Source of the DNA: Octopus bimaculoides
Taxonomy: Eukaryota
DNA: 64,000 bases
Reading direction: 5' to 3'
Assembly (NCBI RefSeq): GCF_001194135.2
Contig: NC_068984.1
Span: 37,791,636-37,855,635, forward strand
Below, piece by piece: positions 27,189 to 37,512 of this stretch; the stretch's first letter is position 1; each line of letters starts with the position of its first letter. A model generated the notes under the pieces. That model was not told where the DNA came from. It ran no database searches and saw nothing but the letters and a program-made list of their open reading frames with translations. The translations under genes were made by a program, and so were the position numbers.

Positions 27189-27372
27189 CGTAATCGAATC
27201 CTTGGGCGGTAATCCGCATGATAAATCCGATGTCCGAGTTATTCTGAACCGATGGTTGCTCTTTGTTAGTTACAATATCTTCTGCTGTGGTCGTCTGGGT
27301 TTTGACAAAGATAAATAAACTTAAAAATAATAATCCCGTCGGTATTGCAAAAACTTGAATTTTGTTACTCAT
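27189..27372 (-). CDS. First coding exon of a secreted BPI/LBP-family (lipid-binding) protein
   Basis: MSNKIQVFAIPTGLLFLSLFIFVKT (signal-peptide-like) then DIGFIMRITAQGFDY, matching the family N-terminal motif G-x3-RI-[ST]-x2-G-[LF]-DY; ends TAC G|gtatag, a phase-1 donor after DY, where exon 1 of mammalian BPI/LBP also ends as I recall it. Downstream exons not recognised. Confidence 0.72.
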
Positions 27373-29129
27373 CTTTGATTAATTTTAAGATGAGGTCAGC
27401 GCCAAGAAATAACGTCGAAGAGATAATGTTATTTCTAATGTTAAATAGTCACACTTTGTTCAATTAATTGTTGTTAGTTTTTTTTTTCTTTTCTCTCAAT
27501 GAAACTTAAATTTTGAGAAAAATTTTACTGAATTTTTCACTCTCTTTCTTTTTCTGTAATGAATTAAATTGTTTTCCTTTTGTTTTTGTTTTTTAATCTT
27601 ATAAAGCTATTTCACTTTAGAATAGTATTTTATATTATTCCCTTTGATTCAAATTCGGTAAAAGAAAATATCAGTGTACACGTGAGTAGGTGTACATATG
27701 ATGTAAACATGTGAGGTTTGCTTTGTTTTTCCGTCTTGTGTTTTGTATTTCCTTTTTATCTTACGTATAAATCTTCAGTGTATGTATGTATGTATGTATG
27801 TGTGTATGTATGCGCGTGTTTGTGAATATATATATATATATGTATGTATAAATATATATATATAGAGAGAGAGAGAGAGAATGAGAGAGTGGGGTGCGCA
27901 GGGGAGGGAAAAGTTTCTACAAAATGATCTGCATAAATATGTGTATGCGTGTTTGTACGTATCTCTGTCTGTATCTATATATGTGAGCGCGCGTGTAAGT
28001 GTCTGTATGTAAGTCAGCCTATATGTATGTGTATACCTTTTGTGCGTGTGTGTGTGTATATGTTAGTTGTATATAAACCTTAACTTCTCAGACGGTACCT
28101 ATCGACAATAGTTTCCAAAGAGATATCAACAAGTATTCCATTCAGGCGTATTGATGATTAAAAGAATAAATATAAATATGTAAAGAAAACAAACAAAAAG
28201 AAAAGAAAGCTTAAACATAAAACATTTTTCTTGTTATTGCAGTCGATTTTAGTTATGGGTGCCATATGAAAAGAGTTTCGAAAGTGGTGGTGGTTGCGGC
28301 GTTGATGGTTACTATATTTGTAATGTGAAGGGAATGTAGAGGGGGTAGTGGTGAAGCTAATTATGTAAGTGGTAATGTAGATGATGGTGGCGGGATAAGG
28401 TTCGTAACGGTGATATTGCTGGGAGGGGAATGACGTTTGAAGTGGCGGCAAGTTGTGGAGGTGTGTCAGACGGTAGGGTGATGATGGGTGATGAGTGCTG
28501 TATGGTTGATGGTTATGTTGGTGGTAGTGACGTCTAGTGGTGGAGAGGAGAGGGAAGTACAGCCATTTTAGGGGGTGGTGATGGGATCTGTGTACGTGTG
28601 TGGTGTCAACAACTAGTTTTTACATGGAAAGGGAGAAGTATGCAGTTGCAGAGGTGATGTCGGTGGGGACGGAGACTAAATTGGTGGGATGTCATGTAGT
28701 AGTGGTTGTGAGTTGTGTACGTTGGTGTTGGTACGTGGGAGTACAGACATGAAGACAGGAAAAAGGGGGTAATTTTAGAGGTAGCAATTGCGGGTGGTGA
28801 TTTAAAAAGAGAAATCGGTGCAAGCACACTCGAACAAATGTGCGCACACGCGTTTAGACAAATACAGGTATATCAGATACCATACAACAGAAATCCGCGA
28901 TTTATTAAAATTATCTCCACCTCCAGAGGATGTGTCGTAATTAACAAATAGCAATTAAGATCAGCTCCATATGAGAAGAGGCGATAACCTCAAGGATCAA
29001 GAATTCTTCATAATTGACATAACATTAAGAAAACGAAGTCTTAAAAGAGAGTAGTCTTGGTCACGTGTTTCTGGCTCAATAGGCCTCATCAGAACGACAT
29101 CTTAGACTTGTACAAAAAGAGTAGAACTC

Positions 29130-29713
29130 GGATCTTTTTTAAAACGGGGGCCACATTTTTCATTAATGTTTTACGTAGTGCTTTTGGTACCGAAAGACTT
29201 TCAAACTTCGTATACTTATCTATTTTGTGTTATAGAACAGAAAAATATTTTTGTATTCGAATTTATTTCATGTAAAAAATTGTCTTATTTCGATAATTTC
29301 AACCAATCACTGACGTCCATTCAGCCGATATACATTAAGTGCCGACTACATAAACAAACGATTCTTCGTTTTATTTGCTTTTTTCATTTTAAATTTGCTT
29401 TAACCCTAACCCTAACCCTAACCCTAACCCTAGGGTTAGGGTTAGGGTTAGAGTTAGGGTTAGGGTTAGGGTTAATTGTTTCAGAATCGTTTGTTTATGT
29501 AGTCGGCACATAATGTATATCGGCTGAATGGACGTCAGTGATTGGTTGAAATTACAGAAATACGACAACTTTAACATGGAATAATTTATGGATTTCTTTT
29601 TTTTTTAAGAAGACTAAGAGAAAAAGATGTTTTATATGACACATTCTACCAGTGATCCAAGTTTCAAAGTGTTTCGTTAATGAAAAATGTGGCCCCCGTT
29701 TTAAAAAAGATCC
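29130..29713. mobile_element. Merlin-like MITE with central hairpin of head-to-head telomeric repeats
   Basis: TIR GGATCTTTTTTAAAACGGGGGCCACATTTTTCATTAA; perfect 8-bp TSD TAGAACTC; inner 71-bp arms (29294-29364 / 29484-29554, one mismatch) around (TAACCC)5-TAGGG(TTAGGG)n. Confidence 0.9.
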
Positions 29714-30099
29714 TAGAACTCATTTATGGTCTTGGTAATTTGCTTAAATTAAACAAAAATAAGCTAAGGTAAATAACTCAGAACAGCCAGTAGCATGTAT
29801 TTGAACAACATAGACTATTAAAGGTACATAAAATATCATACAATATAAATTCTTGTTTAATTAAAAATATCTCAGCCTGCACATGATGTGTCATAATTAC
29901 CAAATCATAATTTTGACTACCTCCGGCCATTTTGAGTTATTTCTTTTGGCAATGATTGCCTGTTGCCACACTCAAGGAAAAAGTTTCCGATTTATGTACT
30001 TTTCCTAATATTACATACCATTTTGTATGCTGGAACACTCAGCTGTGAAGCGTATGATTGCTTAGAAATTTGTATCAAGTCAATTAATAAAATTAAAGG

Positions 30100-30850
30100 A
30101 CATCTCACTTCATAACTGTTTGCAAAATTATGCGAAAAAATTATGAAACTTTTATTGAATTTCTTTTACACATAGGGATCAGATAGTTCTCAAGAGGTGA
30201 TAGCTTACAAAAGCCTATCAGCTTGTATGACTCAACTTTAGAGTTTCTTGCCAGAATAGAACCATTCTTATGTGGCAAAAGTTGAAAAAGTGTAAGAAGC
30301 ATCAATTCTGTTTATCAAACTAATATTCAAAGTTTGATGAAGTAAAAATACTGTCTACAAAGTAAAGATGTTACAATTATTCAAGCCTGAACAACCCTAA
30401 TATGTTTCGAAGTTTATTTTAACTTATTTAAATCTACATAGGCATATAGAGATTTTGAATATTTTATAAATTCACGGCAATTAGAAGGGGGAAGATGAAA
30501 ATATTTCAGACTGTTAACTGGAGACTTACATAAAACACTTTGTAAAATTAAGAGAAGGTTTTAAAGTGTGTTTCAAGGGTATGGAGATAATGTGCGCAGC
30601 TGACTGAAGTGTAACATTTGATGAGTTGGAAATAGGGAATTTAAGTCTCGCTTAAAAGATGAACTCGTTGATATAAGCGTTGATCTTGATATTAAATCAT
30701 TATTCAAAAGAAGTAACTTCAGTGGCTATTGGCGCAGTTTAAGTAATGGTATCAAATACCTCCATGCTTAGTGCAGCAGCTAGGCCACTTTTACCTACAT
30801 TACCCAGTTCGTACTTAGTAGAAATTAGTTTTAGCCGCGGGCCGGCCAAA
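30100..30850 (+). mobile_element. Decayed hAT (Buster/Charlie-like) transposase C-terminus
   Basis: FLLHIGIR*FSRG (cf. LLxHTEVRWLSRG), LKDELVDISVD, and PLLPTLPSSYLVEISFS (hAT dimerisation-domain pattern). Confidence 0.65.
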
Positions 30851-31006
30851 AGCCTCCTAAGTAGAGTTGGCAGAGAGAAACTAAAAGTAGCTTGTTGTGT
30901 GTACACACACACACATACACACACAACTGGAAATCTTGGAATTTAAATTGATGCGCTCAACGTTAGAGCCCACCAAAAGACTGTTTAATATTTCACCTTG
31001 GTCAGG

Positions 31007-31375
31007 CAGTGAGTTGGCAGAATCGTTAGACCGCTGGGCTAATTGTTTAACGGCATTTCGTCCGTCTTTACGGAGTTCGAATTCCGCCGAGGTTGACTTT
31101 GCCTTTCATCCTTCCGAAGTCGATAAAATAAATATCCAATTGAAACAGGGGTCAATGTAATCGACTTAACCCCACCCCCGAAATTGTAGTCTTGTACCAA
31201 AATTTGAAACCAATATTTCATCTTAGTAAGACACCGAACTGCAAGAATCGTTAGCACGCCGTGCAAAATGTTTAGCGGCATTTCGTCCATCTTTTCGTTC
31301 TGAGTTCAAATGCAGCCGGGGTCGACTTAGCCCGTCATCCTTTCGGGGTCGATAAAATAAGTACCAATTAAGCAC
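31007..31375 (+). mobile_element. Two tandem family A SINEs
   Basis: Heads GGCAGTGAGTTGGCAGAATCGTTAG (~31016) and GCAAGAATCGTTAGCACGCC (~31241) with shared body. Confidence 0.85.
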
Positions 31376-31634
31376 TGCTTAATTAAATGCCATATTATGT
31401 AACAAGTACGGGATTTTTAGGAAATAAGTTGCCAATTCTAACGCGGTTAATGCATTAAAGTATTCTAGTTATGTGTGATACGTCTATAATCTCATTATTC
31501 CAACTGTTTTTCTGAATTTGCTGGACGATCGCTTGATTCAATATTTGGGGAGTTTTGCACGTTTAAAAGTTTAATTTTGTTACTTTACTTTATCTTTCTT
31601 TTCTTTTTTCTCTCCCTTTTCAATATATTTTTCT

Positions 31635-32535
31635 GGATCTAGTTCAAAACGGGGGCGCCAGTATTTTCTTAACGAAACACTTTGAAACTTGGGACACTGG
31701 TAGAATGTGTCATATAAAACATCTTTTTCTCTTAGTCTTCTTAAGAAAAATTATTATATTGCAACTTATTTCATGTTAAAGTTGTCGTATTTCTGTAATT
31801 TCAACCAATGACTGACGTCCATTCAGCCGAATACAGTAAGTGCTGACTACGTAAACAAACGATTCTCAAACGATTCTGGCGGTGATAAAATTATTATTTC
31901 CTTGTCAAAAAATGGCTGAAGCATATTGGCAGTAGCTAATAAACCTGTAGTAACGCCTGCGCATGCGTAGTCTTACGCATGCGTAGAATTAATAAAGCAA
32001 GCGTTTCCCGCTNNNNNNNNNNNNNNNNNNNNNNNNNNNNNNNNNNNNNNNNNNNNNNNNNNNNNNNNNNNNNNNNNNNNNNNNNNNNNNNNNNNNNNNN
32101 NNNNNNNNNNNNNNNNNNNNNNNNNNNNNNNNNNNNNNNNNNNNNNNNNNNNNNNNNNNNNNNNNNNNNNNNNNNNNNNNNNNNNNACATACAGTTCAGG
32201 CAGATGTTAACGAAATTATATTAAAAATAAAACGAAGGAAAACGAACACACGTGTGTTGCCTCTCTGCAAAATGTCAGAAGTAATGGAGATTAAATACGC
32301 TTTACACCGCTTAAACTGCCAAAGGAGTAACTGTAAACAGCTGAATACTTGTCAGTGATTGGTTGAAATTATCGAAATAAGACAATTTTTTACATGAAAT
32401 AACTTCGAATACAAAAATTTTTTTCTGCTCTATAACACAAAATAGATAAGTATACGAAGTTTGAAAGTCTTTCAGTACCAAAAACACTACATAAAACATA
32501 AATGAAAACTGGTGCCCCCGTTTTGAACTAGATCC
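31635..32535. mobile_element. Merlin-like MITE, related subfamily, opposite orientation, different core
   Basis: TIR GGATCTAGTTCAAAACGGGGGCGCCAGT / ACTGGTGCCCCCGTTTTGAACTAGATCC; perfect 8-bp TSD ATTTTTCT; subterminal blocks homologous to 29130-29713; N gap inside. Confidence 0.9.
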
Positions 32536-33199
32536 ATTTTTCTTTCTTTCTACTCTAGAATAAATTTTAATAATTTTGTAATTCTTGCATAAGAACAACA
32601 GCAATTGGAAGGCTCCTTGCACATGGAGTTGAGAATTGAGATACAAAATGTTTAAGCATGTGTGCATATGCATGTTAGAATGTTTATTTTTCTTTATTTT
32701 TGAATCAAGAGCGAAGGCAGTGTCCATGACCCTTCACGGGGCCTCCGAGACTGGTAGAGCAAAGAAAGAAGATATCCTTAAACTGGAAATGTGATCCGAA
32801 TGCTTACAATAGAATGGACTCCACTAAAGTCATCTAAGGTGCTAGGTAGTGTTGCTAAACCGGCCATCGGATTGAGTTTACATCACTCAAGACTGGACGA
32901 CGGATTAAGATGCACCTGATTTTTTGTTTGTTTATTTATGTGTGTATTTGTACCGACGCGTGTATATGTGTGCATATGTATGCATCATATACGCTAAGTT
33001 TGTGTGAGAATGTATTGTTTGTAACAAAGCATCGTATAATATATTAAATATGATGTTACTGACAGTAGAGAGGTTGTCTATATGAATTCATGCTGTAATT
33101 TTTCGTACAACAAAACATATGTAGCAATCAAAATAGTTTAGATCAAAATTATTTGCAAATCTGCAACAAGTGTACCAGAAGAATTTGGCATAGCGGAAT

Positions 33200-33577
<378 letters not shown>

Positions 33578-34689
33578 GCCCGTGTGTGTTTATTTGTGAG
33601 AATAAATGCACAAGATATAAATCTCACACATATAATAGCATTTCATATTATGCGCTTACGTTCATGACAGTATGGCGCCTTTTATATTTCACCTCAACGA
33701 AAGCTAGTGCGTTCTGCTTAATTAATTAACCACACTCTGTAAAAATGTACAGTATTCCCACCCACAATTTGTTGTTTTTAATTAACACAAGAGTTATGCT
33801 TTTCTCAAAAGTCTCAACTGTTCTCATTCAGGCAAACTGTTTTGTTTCTGCTCTTTTATACTTAAGAATCTCTTGAAACTGACTGAAAGCATAACGTTTC
33901 GTGGTGCTTGAACATCAACGATGCACCAACTCAACTATGAATAAATAATCTTATTCCTACCTAATCATTCATCACACGTCTCGTATCCTCTCCCCTTCTC
34001 CCAACTCTCTATCCATTCTGCAGTTGTATTTTGCTTTTCAAACATCTGTTTTATCTCCTTCATTCTGTACTAACTTTATTTATTTATTTTAATATTTTAC
34101 CACGAGACACCCTGCTTTAATAAAACGCTATTACATCAAGGTATGCACAGCAGTATGCAATAAATCAGTGACATTTTCTTCTTCTGTCGCCTCTTCCTTT
34201 TTTTCATTTTTTACACCGTGTTTTTCTTTCTCTTCTTCCTAATTTCCCATTCATTTATTTGTTCTTCTTCTTTTCGTTTTCTTCTCCTGTCTCCAGTTCT
34301 TGAATTTCACAGTAATACTAGTGTTAGGAAAAGCATGACTATCATGACTTCTCGTGTTTTTCTTCCCCAAAAGTCTCAAGCTGCATATCAAAGGATGAAT
34401 TGAAACCAAACCGATCCCTGTCAGGAAAGAAATACTCCAAGAGATCTTCTCTCCATTATTATTCTGCTTAACGTTATCATATTTAATCTAAATCGGAATC
34501 AAGCGATATCGGATAACATTTATTCGTTTCCTGCGTATATGGTTGATCTCACGATGTATGCTACAGATGACAAATATCTGGAAACCCTGCTAAACATGGC
34601 GGACGGATCAGTAGGGAAATTTGTATGAAATATAATTTGGAAAAATATTCCAAGCCAGACTTGAAGAGAGGAAAAGTAATGAAAACCAG

Positions 34690-35080
34690 ATATGGCAGTG
34701 TGGTTAAGAAGTTAGCATCGCAACCCCGTGGTTTCGAGTTCAGTCCCAATGCACAGCATTTTCGGGTCAATTTTTTTTTTTTGCTACAATCCTGGGCCGA
34801 CTAACGCCTTATGAATAAATTTGATAGACAGAAAATGTGCGAAAGCCAGTCGTATACATATATACATTTATATATGGTTGCCAAGTTATGTTTTTTCTCG
34901 CCACTGGGCAACCAGTGCTTGTCTATTTACGTCCCCCATAACATCGATTAAGCAAAAAGAGAGCGAATAAATATTAGGGCTGATAAATGCTTAAAATAAA
35001 TACTGGGGTTGATTTGATCGACTACACTCTTCAAGATGATACCCCAGTATGGTTGCAGTTCAATGACTGAAACAAGTATA
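34690..35080 (+). mobile_element. tRNA-derived SINE family D
   Basis: GGCAGTGTGGTTAAGAAG..GGTTTCGAGTTCAGTCCC head and ..TTTACGTCCCC..CAATGACTGAAACAAGTA tail; tail pieces recur at 48570-48775 (-), 57640-57850, 59340-59570 and 63420-63625 (-). Confidence 0.8.
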
Positions 35081-35344
35081 AAAAAGGAAATTATCATGTT
35101 ACATAAATCTTCATAAATACTTTGGAAGGAATGAACTTGGTATTGTATAATGCTCACAAATGAATGAACATGATAGAATGTAATACTATCACATAGACAA
35201 GTAATTTACACTAAAATTAGGGTTAAATGCTTAAAATAAGCAAAAGTGTCAATGTTCCATTTGTGACTAATAGTTACAATTACAATTTGGGGGAATGTAC
35301 TTGCCTGGCAAGAGATTTGATCCGAGACCGTGTATTAAGATTAA

Positions 35345-35580
35345 AACAATTACAGCGTAGAAGGCGCATATTAGCCATTCAGAAATGCATTTAAAAAAAA
35401 ACCGTTAACTTCACTTGAATATGTATTAATTTTGTGTCAAAATTTTCTGTGTCAGTCAGTAACCAGGTCGTAGTTGGTGTGACGAAAATTTTGACATCAC
35501 CTTAATAAATGTTCAAGTGAAATTAACACTTTTTGTGCATTTTTGAACGGCTAATACGCGTTTTCCACGCTGTAATTGTT
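35345..35580. mobile_element. Palindromic MITE (CAATTACAGCGT termini), copy 1
   Basis: AACAATTACAGCGTAGAA / TTCCACGCTGTAATTGTT with long imperfect arms; homologous to 45875-46073. Confidence 0.75.
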
Positions 35581-35632
35581 ACAATAATAATATTGTCTAA
35601 GGCGGCGAGCTGGCAGAAACGTTAGCACGCCG

Positions 35633-35741
35633 CATCCTTTCGGGGTCGATTAAATAAGTACTAGTTACGCACTGGGATCGATGTTTGTCTGTCCTTGTTT
35701 GTTCCCTCTGTGTGTAGCCCTTTGTGGGCAGTAAAGAAATA
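35633..35741 (+). mobile_element. 5'-truncated tail-B SINE inserted in a SINE head
   Basis: Flanked by the 18-bp TSD AGAAACGTTAGCACGCCG (35615-35632 and 35742-35759). Confidence 0.88.
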
Positions 35742-35821
35742 AGAAACGTTAGCACGCCGGGCGAAATGCTTAGCGGTATTTCGTCTGTCTTTATGTTCTG
35801 AGTTCAAATTCTACCGAGGTC

Positions 35822-36518
35822 GGATCTTTTTTAAAACGGGGGCCACATTTTTCATTAATGTTTTACGTAGTGTTTTTGGTACCGAAAGACTTTCAAACTT
35901 CGTATACTTATCTATTTTGTGTTATAGAACAGAAAAATATTTTTGTATTCGAATNNNNNNNNNNNNNNNNNNNNNNNNNNNNNNNNNNNNNNNNNNNNNN
36001 NNNNNNNNNNNNNNNNNNNNNNNNNNNNNNNNNNNNNNNNNNNNNNNNNNNNNNNNNNNNNNNNNNNNNNNNNNNNNNNNNNNNNNNNNNNNNNNNNNNN
36101 NNNNNNNNNNNNNNNNNNNNNNNNNNNNNNNNNNNNNNNNNNNNNNNNNNNNNNNNNNNNNNNNNNNNNNNNNNNNNNNNNNNNNNNNNNNNNNNNNNNN
36201 NNNNNNNNNNNNNNNNNNNNNNNNNNNNNNNNNNNNNNNNNNNNNNNNNNNNNNNNNNNNNNNNNNNNNNNNNNNNNNNNNNNNNNNNNNNNNNNNNNNN
36301 NNNNNNNNNNNNNNNNNNNNNNNNNNNGGCTGAATGGACGTCAGTGATTGGTTGAAATTACAGAAATACGACAACTTTAACATGGAATAACTTAGGGATT
36401 TCTTTTTTTTCAAGAAGACTAAGAGAAAAAGATGTTTTATATGACACATTCTACCAGTGTTCCAAGTTACAAAGTGTTTCGTTAATGAAAAATGTGGCCC
36501 CCGTTTTAAAAAAGATCC
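35822..36518. mobile_element. Merlin-like MITE, third copy, centre in N gap
   Basis: Same TIR as 29130-29713; CGAGGTC duplicated at both ends (7 bp, or 8 bp CCGAGGTC if the terminal C is counted in the TSD). Confidence 0.9.
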
Positions 36519-37129
36519 CCGAGGTCGACTTTGCCTTTCATCTTTTCGGGGTTGATAAATTAAGTACCAATTGCGTCCTGGGGTCGATCTAATCGACTGG
36601 CCTCCTCCCACAAAATTTCGGGCCTTGTGCCTAGAGTAGAAAAGAATGATACTGTGTCTAATTTAGGCACAAAGCCATAAATTTTGAAGCGAAAGTATTA
36701 ATCGATACAATCTACCCTAGTACCTCACTGATACTTTATCCTATCGACTCCGAAGGAATGAAAGGTAAAGCTGACGTCGTAGGGATTTGAACTTAGAACA
36801 TAATGATCTGTAACAACTGTGAATTATCATTGCTAGTTACAAAAACAAGAAAGGTTAATGACTACATTGAGAATCTTTTCTACTTTAGGCACAAGACCCG
36901 CAATTTGGGTGGAGGGAGCCAGGCGATTAGATCGACCTCAGTACGCAACTGGTACTTAATTTATCGACCCCAGGGGACGAAAGGCAAAGTCAACCTCGGC
37001 GGAAGACTATATTGAGAATGCAATAAACAAAATTCAGCACAAAATAGATAAATTCTATTTAATACTAGTAGACATAAAGAGAGGATTTTCTACAACTATC
37101 CACAAAATGTATACTATATGACTCAAACG

Positions 37130-37512
37130 ATGTTGTTTGTTGGCACTCCGTCGCTTACGACGTCGAGGGTTCCAGTTGATCCGATCAACGGAACAGCCTG
37201 CTCGTGAAATTAACGTGCAAGTGGCTGAGCACTCCACAGACACGTGTACCCTTAACGTAGTTCTCGGGGATATTCAGCGTGACACAGTGTGACAAGGCTG
37301 ATCCTTTGAATTACAAGAACAACAGAAACAGGAAGTAAGAGTGAGAGAAAGTTGTGGTGAAAGAATACAGCAGGGTTCGCCACCATCCCCTGCCGGAGCC
37401 TCGTGGAGCTTTAGGTGTCTTCGCTCAATAAACACTCACAACGCCCGGTCTGGGAATCGAAACCGCGATCCTATGACCGCTGCCCTAACCACTGGGCCAT
37501 TGCGCCTCCATA
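37130..37512 (-). mobile_element. tRNA-derived SINE family C
   Basis: Reverse complement of head GGAGGCGCAATGGCCCAGTGGTTAGGGCAGCGG..GGTTTCGATTCCCAGACC and tail AACTACGTTAAGGGTACACGTG..CGACGGAGTGCCAA; matches 62708-63236. Confidence 0.9.

Larger units (their letters stand above)
35599..36640 (+). mobile_element. Family A SINE split by two nested insertions
   Basis: Head at 35599, interrupted at 35633-35741 and 35822-36518; body resumes CGAGGTCGACTTTGCC at 36519. Confidence 0.88.

Noticed and set aside
28158-28827. ORFs in the GGT-rich tract (also 11864-12106)
   Set aside because: Degenerate trinucleotide low-complexity sequence.
29401-29474. Ancient telomere-telomere chromosome fusion site
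   Set aside because: Enclosed by TIRs and a perfect 8-bp TSD, so transposon cargo is the simpler explanation.
29389-29577. ORFs with LTLTLT/GLGLGL repeats
   Set aside because: Translations of the telomeric hexamer inside a MITE, not proteins.
34566-34615. DKYLETLLNMADGS segment with AAACATGGCGG as exon or start
   Set aside because: Weak splice context and immediate stop; no independent support.
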